Source: Orenia marismortui DSM 5156 (lineage in GTDB: Bacteria > Bacillota > Halanaerobiia > Halobacteroidales > Halobacteroidaceae). Taken from it: a stretch of 64,000 nt of DNA. Positions 48,536 to 57,471 of the stretch are shown piece by piece; positions within the stretch are counted from its first letter, which is position 1, and each line of letters begins with the position of its first letter. Below the pieces are notes generated by a model. That model was given only the letters and a program-made list of their open reading frames with translations, was not told where the DNA came from and did no database searches. A program made the translations under genes and the position numbers. The DNA lies in NCBI RefSeq assembly GCF_000379025.1, contig NZ_KB900617.1, forward strand, positions 858,820 to 922,819. The letters run 5' to 3'.

Positions 48536-49740
48536 TCATTGTAAAATCAAATTGAACAAAATAAAAATAGCCATAGGGCACCAACCTGTAATATAATTAA
48601 ATCACCACAAAATAACCAGTTACAGGAGGGTGCACACTATGACTTACTTAAATGATACACCAAAATCCCGAAAAAATAAACACCTAAATGCTTATGAACG
48701 TGGTCAAATTGCATTATTACATTCCGAAGGAATGAATCCAAATGCTATTGCAAAACGTTTAGGTAGAGCTTCTAATACCATTAGAAACGAACTAAAACGT
48801 GGTACAGTTTCTCAAATTAAAGCTAATAAAAAGATTATGGTCTATTACCCTGACACTGGTCAAAGAGTTTATGAATCTAATCGCAAGAATTGTGGTCCTA
48901 AATTTAAACTTTTGCAATGTGAAGAGTTCATTGATTATGTTATAGAACAGTTCTACGAAAAAGGACATTCTCTTGATGCTATATGTGGTGCAGCAAAACT
49001 TCATAATAAATTTCCAAAGCCAGAGATGGTATCTACTAAAACGCTTTATAACTACGTCAACGCTGGATTATTGACAATTAAAAACATTGATTTACCTTTG
49101 AAGCTTAAGCGTTCTTCAAAAAGAAAGCACACTAAAAATAATAAAAAGAAGCTTGGTACAAGTATAGATCAACGCCCTGAAAGTATTAATAATCGTAGTG
49201 AGTTTGGTCACTGGGAAATTGACACTATGATAGGCAAAAAGACTAAAAATGAATCAGTTTTACTTACTATGACAGAACGTATGACTCGTAAAGAAATTAT
49301 TCGTAAAATCCCTGCCAAGACTGCTCAAGCAGTTCAAGATGCTATTTTAAAGCTCGTTAATGAAGCAGGAGATTGTTTTTCCAAAGTATTTAAAAGCTTC
49401 ACTTGTGATAATGGCTCTGAGTTTGCTCAAATGTCATTTTTAGAGCAAATTAGTGATACTAAAGTATACTTTGCACATCCATATTCATCATGGGAAAGAG
49501 GAACTAATGAGCGTCATAATGGTCTTATAAGACGCTTTATCCCTAAAGGTAATAGTCTAAACCAATTCTCTATTGAATCTATTGCTAGAGTCCAAAACTG
49601 GTGCAATACTTTACCAAGAAAAATCTTAGATTACCTAACCCCTGATGAAATATTTGAAGATAAATTAAAACAAATTCTTTATGACTAAATAACCAAATTA
49701 TTACAGTTTGAAAATGTTCAATTTATTATTGCAATTTAAG
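48536..49740 (+). mobile_element. IS30-family insertion sequence, copy 1 (about 1.2 kb), with imperfect terminal inverted repeats around 'AAATTGAAC'.
   Basis: The ends align with copy 2 at 54227-55434: 'ttcattgtaaaatcaaattgaac...' versus '...gttcaatttattattgcaatttaag'. Confidence 0.8.
48630..49688 (+). CDS. IS30-family transposase (352 aa).
   Basis: N-terminal HTH 'YERGQIALLHSEGM'; DDE core carrying the IS30 signature 'GHWEIDT...CDNGSEF...WERGTNE'. Confidence 0.9.
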   Translation: MHTMTYLNDTPKSRKNKHLNAYERGQIALLHSEGMNPNAIAKRLGRASNTIRNELKRGTVSQIKANKKIMVYYPDTGQRVYESNRKNCGPKFKLLQCEEFIDYVIEQFYEKGHSLDAICGAAKLHNKFPKPEMVSTKTLYNYVNAGLLTIKNIDLPLKLKRSSKRKHTKNNKKKLGTSIDQRPESINNRSEFGHWEIDTMIGKKTKNESVLLTMTERMTRKEIIRKIPAKTAQAVQDAILKLVNEAGDCFSKVFKSFTCDNGSEFAQMSFLEQISDTKVYFAHPYSSWERGTNERHNGLIRRFIPKGNSLNQFSIESIARVQNWCNTLPRKILDYLTPDEIFEDKLKQILYD

Positions 49741-50002
49741 AAATTTTTATAAATTAAATCTATTTTTAAAATAAGTCTATAGTTTTAAATTTAATTAACT
49801 TTTCATATTTATATTACAGATTAAATTATTACTTTCTATTTAGTTCTTATTTAAGAAAACTAATAGAAACATTTATCTAATAATATTTACTCTCTATAAT
49901 TTTTAGCTATTAGACTATATTTAAAGGCTAAGGTTATAAAAAATAGCCATAAGAAAAAATTACAAGTATTAAATATTTTATTTGGATAATCCTAATAAAA
50001 AC

Positions 50003-50047
50003 CCAATATGTAGTGTTATCTTCTATTTATTACACTATATATAGTTC
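50003..50047 (+). promoter_or_regulatory. Two candidate NrdR boxes, 'ccaatatgtagtgtta' and 'acactatatatagttc', upstream of nrdD.
   Basis: Both resemble the NrdR palindrome acaCwAtATaTwGtgt. They are about 29 bp apart centre to centre and overlap the promoter. Confidence 0.45.
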
Positions 50048-50055
50048 TAAAGTGT

Positions 50056-50084
50056 TTGACAGATAAATCTAAATGAGATAAAAT
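50056..50084 (+). promoter_or_regulatory. Sigma-A-type promoter for nrdDG: TTGACA, a 17-bp spacer, then TAAAAT.
   Basis: The -35 box is at 50056-50061 and the -10 box at 50079-50084, about 35 bp upstream of the nrdD ATG. Confidence 0.6.
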
Positions 50085-50118
50085 TATCACTGTAATTTAT
50101 GCTATAGGAGGTAATTCA

Positions 50119-52152
50119 ATGATTAATAGGTACATACAAAAGAGGGATGGTAGAAAGGTTCCTTTCAAAAAAGACAAGATTCAAGAAGCTGTTAATAAAG
50201 CAGCTAAAGCAGTTGGAGTAGAATCAGATATTATTGGTGAAGAAATTAGCCAAGAGGTAATATCTTATTTAAATATCTTCTTTAAAGGTGAAGGTATACC
50301 AACTGTAGAACAGGTACAAGATTTAGTTGAAAAGATTTTAATTGAAAAAGGATATGCTGCTATAGCTAAAGCTTATATCCTATACAGAGAACAACATGCT
50401 AAATTAAGAGATACAAAACAATTATTTGGTGATGCTATAGAAACTATAGAAAACTATTTAGATCGTAGTGATTGGAAGGTAAATGAGAATAGTAATATGG
50501 GATATTCTTTACAGGGGTTAAATAATCATATTGCTTCTGAAATCACTGCTCAATACTGGTTACAAGAGATCTATCCTCAAGAAATTAGAGATAAACACTT
50601 ATCAGGTGATATGCATATCCATGATTTAAGTAATTTAAGTGTTTATTGTTGTGGATGGGACCTAAAAGACTTACTATTAAGTGGTTTTGGGGGGGTTTCT
50701 ACTAAAGTAGAAAGTAAACCACCTAAACACTTTAGAACAGCTTTATTACAGGCAGTAAACTTTTTCTATACATTACAAGGAGAAAGTGCTGGAGCTCAAG
50801 CCTTTTCTAGTTTTGACACATATTTAGCTCCTTTTATCCATTATGATAAGCTAACTTACAAACAAGTTAAACAGGCTATGCAGGAGTTTATTTTTAACTT
50901 AAATGTTCCTACCAGGGTAGGTTTCCAAACTCCTTTTACAAATATAACTATGGACTTAATTTGTCCAAATATTATAGCTGATGAACCAGTAATTATTGGT
51001 GGAGAAGCTCAAGATAAGACTTATAAAGAATTCCAAAAAGAAATGGACATGCTTAATAAGGCTTTTGCAGAGATTATGTTAGAGGGTGATTCCAAAGGCA
51101 GAGTATTTAGTTTTCCTATTCCAACCTATAACATTACAAAAGACTTTGATTGGGATAAAGAAATTCTAGAGCCTGTTTGGGAAATGACTGCTAAGTATGG
51201 TATCCCATATTTCAGCAACTTTGTTAACTCAGATATGAAACCTGATGATGTTAGAAGTATGTGTTGTCGTCTAAGACTTGATAATACTGAACTAAGAAAA
51301 CGTGGTGGAGGATTATTTGGAGCTAATCCAATGACAGGAAGTATCGGGGTTGTTACCTTAAATATGCCACGTATTGGTTATCTAGCCGAAGATGAAGAAG
51401 ATTTCATTAAGCGTACCTATGAATTAATGGATTTAGCCCAAGAAAGTTTAGAAATTAAAAGAAAGATTCTGGAAAGATTAACTGATAAAGGTTTATACCC
51501 TTACAGTCAATTTTATTTAAGAAATGTTAAATTACGCTTTGATGAATATTGGAAGAATCACTTCAATACTATTGGTTTAAATGGTATGAATGAAGCAACT
51601 ATTAATTTCCTTGGTGAAGATATTACTCATCCCGAAGCTAAAGAATTTGCTATTAGAATAATGGATGCTATGCGTGATAAATTGGTAGAGTATCAAGAAA
51701 GAACAGGTAATATTTATAACTTAGAAGCTACTCCTGCTGAAGGTACTTCGTATAGATTTGCTAGTTTAGATAAGCAAGAATTTGGAAATGAGATTATCTG
51801 TGCTAATGAAGATAGAGTTTTAAATGAAGATGCAGATCCTTATTATACTAACTCTACTCAAATACCTGTAGGATATACTGATGATATCTTTGAAAGTTTA
51901 GAGTTACAGGATCAACTACAAAAGCGTTATACTGGAGGAACTGTTCTTCATGGATTTATTGGAGAGAAGATGCCTTCTACTCAAAGTACTAAATTATTAG
52001 TTAAAAGGATTGCAGATAACTTTGAATTACCATACTATTCAATTACTCCAACCTTTAGCGTCTGTCCTACTCATGGATATTTGGCTGGAGAACATGAATA
52101 TTGTCCTAAATGTGATGCTGAAATAGAATATGAGAAAGAAGATACTGCTTAA
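50119..52152 (+). CDS. nrdD: Anaerobic ribonucleoside-triphosphate reductase (class III) lacking the C-terminal glycyl-radical segment. It ends right after the Zn-ribbon.
   Basis: N-terminal ATP-cone 'IQKRDGRKVPFKKDKI'; NrdD core; C-terminal 'CPTHGY...CPKCD' Zn-ribbon. No RVxGY motif occurs before the stop. Confidence 0.9.
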   Translation: MINRYIQKRDGRKVPFKKDKIQEAVNKAAKAVGVESDIIGEEISQEVISYLNIFFKGEGIPTVEQVQDLVEKILIEKGYAAIAKAYILYREQHAKLRDTKQLFGDAIETIENYLDRSDWKVNENSNMGYSLQGLNNHIASEITAQYWLQEIYPQEIRDKHLSGDMHIHDLSNLSVYCCGWDLKDLLLSGFGGVSTKVESKPPKHFRTALLQAVNFFYTLQGESAGAQAFSSFDTYLAPFIHYDKLTYKQVKQAMQEFIFNLNVPTRVGFQTPFTNITMDLICPNIIADEPVIIGGEAQDKTYKEFQKEMDMLNKAFAEIMLEGDSKGRVFSFPIPTYNITKDFDWDKEILEPVWEMTAKYGIPYFSNFVNSDMKPDDVRSMCCRLRLDNTELRKRGGGLFGANPMTGSIGVVTLNMPRIGYLAEDEEDFIKRTYELMDLAQESLEIKRKILERLTDKGLYPYSQFYLRNVKLRFDEYWKNHFNTIGLNGMNEATINFLGEDITHPEAKEFAIRIMDAMRDKLVEYQERTGNIYNLEATPAEGTSYRFASLDKQEFGNEIICANEDRVLNEDADPYYTNSTQIPVGYTDDIFESLELQDQLQKRYTGGTVLHGFIGEKMPSTQSTKLLVKRIADNFELPYYSITPTFSVCPTHGYLAGEHEYCPKCDAEIEYEKEDTA

Positions 52153-52167
52153 GAGAGGTTGTTTATA

Positions 52168-52860
52168 ATGAAAATTTCTGGATTACAAAGGACAAGTTTA
52201 ATTGATTACCCTGAACATATTACTACTATAGTCTTTACTCAAGGTTGTAATTATAAATGTCCTTATTGTCATAATCCTAGTTTGATAGCTAATTCATCTC
52301 CTGATGAAAGTTATCTACCTTTAAAAGATTTTTGGCAATTTATAGATAAGAGAAAAGAATTAATTGATGCAGTTACTATTACAGGTGGAGAACCAACATT
52401 ACAAAAAGGACTAATAGATTTTATTAAAGATATCAAAAAAAATGGTTTAAAAATAAAACTTGACAGTAATGGAAGTAACTTTAAAACCTTAAAAAGAATA
52501 ATTGAAGCTAACTTAGTTGATTATATAGCAATGGATGTTAAAGCTCCTTTAGATAAACATTCAAAGATTACTAAGAACCTAAACACAAAAGAAATATCTA
52601 AAAGTATTAATCTAATCAAAGATTCAACTATAGATTATGAGTTTAGGACAACAGTAGTTCCAAGTATTCATTCTAAACTTGATATTAAGGAGATTGGAAA
52701 GCTAATTTCAGGAGCTAAACGCTACTACATCCAAAACTTCCGACCAATTAATACTTTAGATAAAAAATTGAAAGGTGTTACTCCTTTTCCACCTGCTAAA
52801 TTAGAGGAATTTAAAGATATAATTTTACCTTATGTTCAAGAAGTTCAAATTCGTAATTAA
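52168..52860 (+). CDS. nrdG: Anaerobic ribonucleotide reductase activating protein (radical SAM).
   Basis: Motif 'CNYKCPYCHNP' (CxxxCxxC) and the SD 'aagagagg' 9 nt upstream of the ATG. Confidence 0.85.
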   Translation: MKISGLQRTSLIDYPEHITTIVFTQGCNYKCPYCHNPSLIANSSPDESYLPLKDFWQFIDKRKELIDAVTITGGEPTLQKGLIDFIKDIKKNGLKIKLDSNGSNFKTLKRIIEANLVDYIAMDVKAPLDKHSKITKNLNTKEISKSINLIKDSTIDYEFRTTVVPSIHSKLDIKEIGKLISGAKRYYIQNFRPINTLDKKLKGVTPFPPAKLEEFKDIILPYVQEVQIRN

Positions 52861-52881
52861 AATTACAAGGAGGAGATAAAT

Positions 52882-53028
52882 ATGAAACAAGATCAAAACA
52901 GACAAAAATGTGAAGTATATTCTCGAGTAGTTGGTTTTTTAACTCCAGTAAGTCAATGGAATCGCGGAAAAAAAGAAGAATGGATAGATAGAAAGACTTA
53001 TGATAAAGCATTAAAAGAGGCTAATTAA
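52882..53028 (+). CDS. Stand-alone 48-aa ORF encoding the NrdD C-terminal glycyl-radical motif (MKQDQNRQKCEVYSRVVGFLTPVSQWNRGKKEEWIDRKTYDKALKEAN).
   Basis: 'RVVGFL...WNRGKKEE' matches the class III RNR glycyl-radical loop (RVCGYL...WNxGKxxE). An SD 'aaggaggag' lies 7 nt upstream. The ORF is below the track threshold. Confidence 0.5.
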   Translation: MKQDQNRQKCEVYSRVVGFLTPVSQWNRGKKEEWIDRKTYDKALKEAN

Positions 53029-53053
53029 ATTTAATAATTGATAAATATAAAAA

Positions 53054-53086
53054 AGCAGTTGAGAAAATCCTCAACTGCTTTTTTAT
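53054..53086 (+). terminator. Rho-independent terminator 'agcagttgag-aaaatc-ctcaactgct' followed by T6.
   Basis: Direct reading of the sequence. It lies downstream of the small glycyl-radical ORF. Confidence 0.75.
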
Positions 53087-53201
53087 CTCTCATCTCTCAT
53101 CTCTCATCTCTCATCTCTCATCTCTCATCTCTCATCTCTCATCTCTCATCTCTCATCTCTCATCTATTATCTATTATCTATTATCTATTATCTATTATCT
53201 A
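53086..53201. repeat. Two adjacent heptanucleotide microsatellites, (TCTCTCA)x11 then (TCTATTA)x5.
   Basis: Direct reading of the sequence. They lie between the convergent nrdDG-small-ORF unit and pfkA. Confidence 0.95.
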
Positions 53202-53205
53202 TCCT

Positions 53206-54180
53206 TCAATAACAAAGCATCTTAGTTAATTCATAATTTTTAGTATTAAACTTCTTCTTATCGCTATTAACTACTTTTAAATCTACAGCTTTTACAACAT
53301 TATTTCTAACCCCTACCATCTTAGAACTTTCTCCTTTAACTAATTGATTAACAGCTTCTGCCCCTAACTTACTTCCCAATACTCTATCAAATGCCGTTGG
53401 ACGTCCTCCTCGTTGTTGATGGCCTAATAGTGTCTCTCTCACTTTAAATCCTAGCCTCATCTCTAACTCTCTACTAATCTCATCAACCTTACCTACACCT
53501 TCAGCCATTAAGATGATTCCATAATTTTTACCCAGCTCAAACTTTCTTTTTAAATTAGCAGAGATTTGATCATAATCTACCTCTTGCTCTGGAATCAATA
53601 AAGCATCTACACTTCCTGCTAAAGTTGAAGTCATAGCAATCTCTCCTGAATGACGCCCCATCACTTCTATTACAAAAACCCGTGGGGTACTACCTACTAA
53701 AGCTGTTGCTGTGTCTAAAATTCTATCAACAGTTTCAGTTACAATATTACAAGCAGTATCAAAACCAATAGCATAATCGGTTCCAGTAATATCATTATCG
53801 ATAGTACCAGGAACCCCCATAACCTTAATTCCTGCTTCAGATAATTTCTGGGCACCTTTCATTGAACCATTACCACCTATAACTACCAGCCCATCTAATT
53901 CTAAATTTTTAATATTATCTAGTGCTTTATTAAACCCTTCTTTCCTTTGAAACTCTTTAGTTCTTCCAGTCTTGATTATAGTCCCACCATAACTGACAAT
54001 CTCTTCTACATCTAATATATCTAAGTTTCTATATCTTCCCTCTAACAATCCTATATATCCTGCTTCTATTCCTATAACTTCTAAATTATGATATGTACCA
54101 GCTTTTACTACAGCTCGCAAGGTAGCATTCATCCCTGGAGCATCTCCTCCACTTGTTAAAACTCCAATCTTTTTCATCAT
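53206..54180 (-). CDS. pfkA: ATP-dependent 6-phosphofructokinase. The catalytic motif reads GGNGS rather than the canonical GGDGS.
   Basis: 'GGDAPGMNA', 'PGTIDND' and 'MGR' motifs; 324 aa. Confidence 0.9.
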   Translation of the reverse strand: MMKKIGVLTSGGDAPGMNATLRAVVKAGTYHNLEVIGIEAGYIGLLEGRYRNLDILDVEEIVSYGGTIIKTGRTKEFQRKEGFNKALDNIKNLELDGLVVIGGNGSMKGAQKLSEAGIKVMGVPGTIDNDITGTDYAIGFDTACNIVTETVDRILDTATALVGSTPRVFVIEVMGRHSGEIAMTSTLAGSVDALLIPEQEVDYDQISANLKRKFELGKNYGIILMAEGVGKVDEISRELEMRLGFKVRETLLGHQQRGGRPTAFDRVLGSKLGAEAVNQLVKGESSKMVGVRNNVVKAVDLKVVNSDKKKFNTKNYELTKMLCY

Positions 54181-54226
54181 GCACCCCCTGAATTTAATTT
54201 TACCTTTATCTATTTTTTTATTCTTA

Positions 54227-55434
54227 CTTAAATTGCAATATTAAATTGAACTAGTTTCAAACTGTAATAATTTGGTTAATTAGTTATATAGAATTTCTCT
54301 TAGTTGATCTTCAAAAGCTTCATCAGGAGTTAGGTATCCTAAAATTTTTCTTGGTAGAGTATTACACCAGTTTTGAACTCTAGCAATAGATTCAATAGAG
54401 AATTCACTTATACTTCTGCCTTTAGGTATAAAACGTCTTATGAGACCATTATGACGTTCATTGGTACCTCTTTCCCATGATGAATAGGGATGAGTAAAAT
54501 ATACTTTTGTATCAACTATTTCTTCTATAACACCTAGCTCTGAAAATTCAGAGCCATTATCGCAGGTAAAGCTTTTAAATACAGTAGAAAAAAGCTCTCC
54601 AGAGTCTTTGATTAGTTTTAATATAGCATTTTGAACAGATTCAGCTGTTTTACCAGGAATTTTACGAATGATTTCTTTACGAGTCATGCGCTCTGTCATA
54701 GTGAGTAAAACTTCATCATTTTTATTCTTTTTACCAATAACAGTGTCAATTTCCCAATGCCCAAATTCACTGCGATCATTAATATTTTCAGGGCGTTCAT
54801 CGATACTTGTGCCAAGTTTCTTTTTATTACGCTTAAGACATTTTGATTTTGAAGAACGTTTAAGCTTCAATGGCAAATCAATATTGCTAATCTGAAGTAG
54901 TCCAAGATCTATATAGTTATATAGAGTTTTAGTGCATACCATCTCTGACTTTGAGAATTTGTTATGCAGCTTTGCTGCACCACAAATAGAATCAAGAGAT
55001 TGTTTATGCTCGCAAAATAACTCTATAACATAATCAATGAATGTTTCACATTCTAAAAGCTTAAATTTCGGTCCGCAATTTTTACGATTAGATTCATAAA
55101 CTTTTTGACCAGCGTCAGGGAAGTAAATCTCTACAGTTTTATTGCCTTTAATTTGGGAAACTGTACCACGCTTTAACTCGTTTCTAATTGTATTAGAAGC
55201 TCTACCTAGACGTTTTGCAATAGCATAAGGCGACATTCCTTCGGAATGTAACAATGCAATTTGACCACGCTCATAAGCATTTAGGTGTTTATTTTTTCGG
55301 GATTTTGGTGTATCATTTAAGTAGTCCATAGTGTGCACCCTCCTGTAATTTTTTGTTTTGTGGTGATTCAATTATATTACAGTTTGGTCCACTATGGGCA
55401 TTTTTTTATTAGTTCAATTTAATTATACAATCAA
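54227..55434 (-). mobile_element. IS30-family insertion sequence, copy 2. It is inverted relative to copy 1 and diverged from it.
   Basis: Terminal sequences align with copy 1. The transposase is about 85% identical by eye. Confidence 0.8.
54280..55329 (-). CDS. IS30-family transposase. The start is taken at 'MDYLNDTPKS', which aligns with the copy 1 start.
   Basis: Same HTH and DDE motifs as copy 1. Confidence 0.9.
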   Translation of the reverse strand: MDYLNDTPKSRKNKHLNAYERGQIALLHSEGMSPYAIAKRLGRASNTIRNELKRGTVSQIKGNKTVEIYFPDAGQKVYESNRKNCGPKFKLLECETFIDYVIELFCEHKQSLDSICGAAKLHNKFSKSEMVCTKTLYNYIDLGLLQISNIDLPLKLKRSSKSKCLKRNKKKLGTSIDERPENINDRSEFGHWEIDTVIGKKNKNDEVLLTMTERMTRKEIIRKIPGKTAESVQNAILKLIKDSGELFSTVFKSFTCDNGSEFSELGVIEEIVDTKVYFTHPYSSWERGTNERHNGLIRRFIPKGRSISEFSIESIARVQNWCNTLPRKILGYLTPDEAFEDQLREILYN

Positions 55435-55500
55435 CCTTTTTTATTCTTAATATATATTTTAAAATAAAACATAAGAAAGATAAAGAGACAGTTGCGGAGT

Positions 55501-55708
55501 TAGTGTACAGTTGACAGTTTACAGCTAAGTTCAAAAGCTCACAACTCTCTCTACGGGTCTAACGACCACTCCGTGATAAAAGAAATCTCCTAACCTCTCT
55601 CTTTATCTAAAGAGAGAGGAATTTTTAAAGTCCTCTCTTAAGAATAAGAGGGGATTTAGGGGAGTTGTGATGTCTTGACTTTTAATTTTAACTGTCAACT
55701 GTACACTA
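55501..55708. mobile_element. MITE-like element, copy B, bounded by 21-bp terminal inverted repeats ('tagtgtacagttgacagttta' and 'ttaactgtcaactgtacacta'). It carries the conserved core and palindromes shared with 24058-24215.
   Basis: Terminal inverted repeats match 20 of 21 positions. The internal core 55538-55619 is the reverse complement of 24061-24142. Confidence 0.7.
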
Positions 55709-55826
55709 CCACCTAGCACCTAAAAATGTCACTTTATCCCCATATTGTAATCTGTTATTCAAAAAATTTATAATTCCTATCAAATAAGGAACGGCTCCCA
55801 CCGTCCCTTATAGCTAATCTATTATA

Positions 55827-57017
55827 TTACATTAAAATACCAGCAATTGTAGCAGTCATATAAGTTGCTAATGAACCAGCAATTAATGCTCTAACTCCTA
55901 ATTGTGCAAGTTCTCCTCTTCTTTCTGGAGCTAAACTTCCTAATCCACCAATTTGAATAGCAATTGATGAGAAGTTAGAGAAACCACATAATGCAAAAGT
56001 AGCAATAATTTCTGCTTTATTAGATAATACACCTTCTTTAAGCATTCCAGCTAAGTTACTATAAGCAACAAATTCGTTTAATGCCATCTTTTGTCCTAAT
56101 AAAGTTCCTACTTCTGTAATTTCAGAGACTGGAACACCCATTACAAAAGATAATGGAGCAAAGATATAACCTAAAATTTGTTCTAAACTTGTTCCAAGAT
56201 AACTTAATGGGTAGTTAACTAAAGCAATAATAGAAACGAAAGCAAGTAACATTGCAGCTACATTTAACGCTAATTTCAACCCTTCACTAGCACCTTCTGC
56301 AGCAGCATCTATAACATTTGCATTGTCAATTTCTAAGTCTACTTCCATCTTTCCTGAAGTAGCTGATTCTTTAGTTTCTGGCACAACAATCTTAGCCATT
56401 AATAATGCAGCTGGAGCAGACATAATACTTGCTGCCAATAGATAACCAGCATCAATACCCATTCCAATATATCCAGCCATTACACCACCAGCTACAGTAG
56501 CCATACCTCCAGTCATTAATGCCATAATTTCTGAACGAGTCATAGTTGGTACAAACCTCTTTACAACTAATGGAGCCTCAGTCTGTCCAACAAACACATT
56601 GGCTGCAGCAGATAGAGATTCAGCACCACTTAAATTCATAGCTTTTTTCATTATTTTCGCCATAAATTCTACTACTTTTTGAATTACTCCAAGGTAGTAC
56701 AATACAGACATTAATGAAGAGAAGAAAATAATCGTAGGAATTACAGCTAAAGCAAAGCTAAATCCTGTATCCATTAAAGATCCAAATAAGAACTCAGCCC
56801 CTTTGGTAGAAAATCCTAAAATTTTAGCAATAAAATCACTTAATCGTTGAAAAATTGCCTTACCGATAGGCAATTTTAAAATTACAAAAGCAAATGATAA
56901 TTGCAATAATAATCCACCAATTACTGGTCTTAAATCAATCTTCTTTCTATCTTCTGAAATAAGATAAGCAATTGCTAGTAATACAAACATTCCAATAACA
57001 CCAATTAATTTTGACAT
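55827..57017 (-). CDS. nupC: NupC-family concentrative nucleoside transporter.
   Basis: CNT family N-terminal region, gate domain and C-terminal region '...CGFSNFSSIAIQIGGLG...'. Confidence 0.85.
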   Translation of the reverse strand: MSKLIGVIGMFVLLAIAYLISEDRKKIDLRPVIGGLLLQLSFAFVILKLPIGKAIFQRLSDFIAKILGFSTKGAEFLFGSLMDTGFSFALAVIPTIIFFSSLMSVLYYLGVIQKVVEFMAKIMKKAMNLSGAESLSAAANVFVGQTEAPLVVKRFVPTMTRSEIMALMTGGMATVAGGVMAGYIGMGIDAGYLLAASIMSAPAALLMAKIVVPETKESATSGKMEVDLEIDNANVIDAAAEGASEGLKLALNVAAMLLAFVSIIALVNYPLSYLGTSLEQILGYIFAPLSFVMGVPVSEITEVGTLLGQKMALNEFVAYSNLAGMLKEGVLSNKAEIIATFALCGFSNFSSIAIQIGGLGSLAPERRGELAQLGVRALIAGSLATYMTATIAGILM

Positions 57018-57315
57018 ATTAATAGCCCCCTTGTTATTTTTAATTTTTTATAGTTTATATTCAGAGGCTTATTAATAGTTATTGGTTATTAGACGCCAAC
57101 TTATTCATAGTAATTTAAAATTACTTATTAAAAATTAAAACTAGATTCTGACAATAACTATTATCTTATCAGACGTCTAACAATTAATATTATAATTCAG
57201 ATACAGAAATTTGTCAACTTCATTTCCTTATATAATTATTGGTTTTTTATCAAAAAACATCTTTATTTATTTATTTTTTATAACCATTTCTTTATTTTAA
57301 AAATCTATAACAATT

Positions 57316-57471
57316 TTATAAAATACTTTTCATAAATACTAAGCCTAAATAAACACCGAAAACACCCATAACTCCTGCTAAATTTGGTGGTGCTGGAGCT
57401 GGTAAATTTAAAAAAGAGAATAAGGCCCCAACTATAAACCCTGATAAAGTAGCCGTTAGAACTTGAATCAT
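57316..57471 (-). CDS. XapX-like small membrane protein (DUF1427). The start is at 'MIQVLTATL'.
   Basis: Two-TM peptide; SD 'aggagg' upstream; placed between nucleoside genes. Confidence 0.5.
   Translation of the reverse strand: MIQVLTATLSGFIVGALFSFLNLPAPAPPNLAGVMGVFGVYLGLVFMKSIL

Noticed and set aside
48792-49004. Minus-strand ORF inside the IS30 transposase, copy 1.
   Set aside because: Antisense shadow.
52811-53011. Minus-strand ORF of 66 aa overlapping the nrdG end and the small glycyl-radical ORF.
   Set aside because: It lies antisense to two well-supported plus-strand ORFs.
53038-53229. Plus-strand ORF of 63 aa (SLISHLSSLISHL...).
   Set aside because: It is simply a translation of the heptanucleotide microsatellites. 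It has no RBS, and it overlaps the terminator and the pfkA 3' end.
54668-54895. Plus-strand ORF inside the IS30 transposase, copy 2.
   Set aside because: Antisense shadow.
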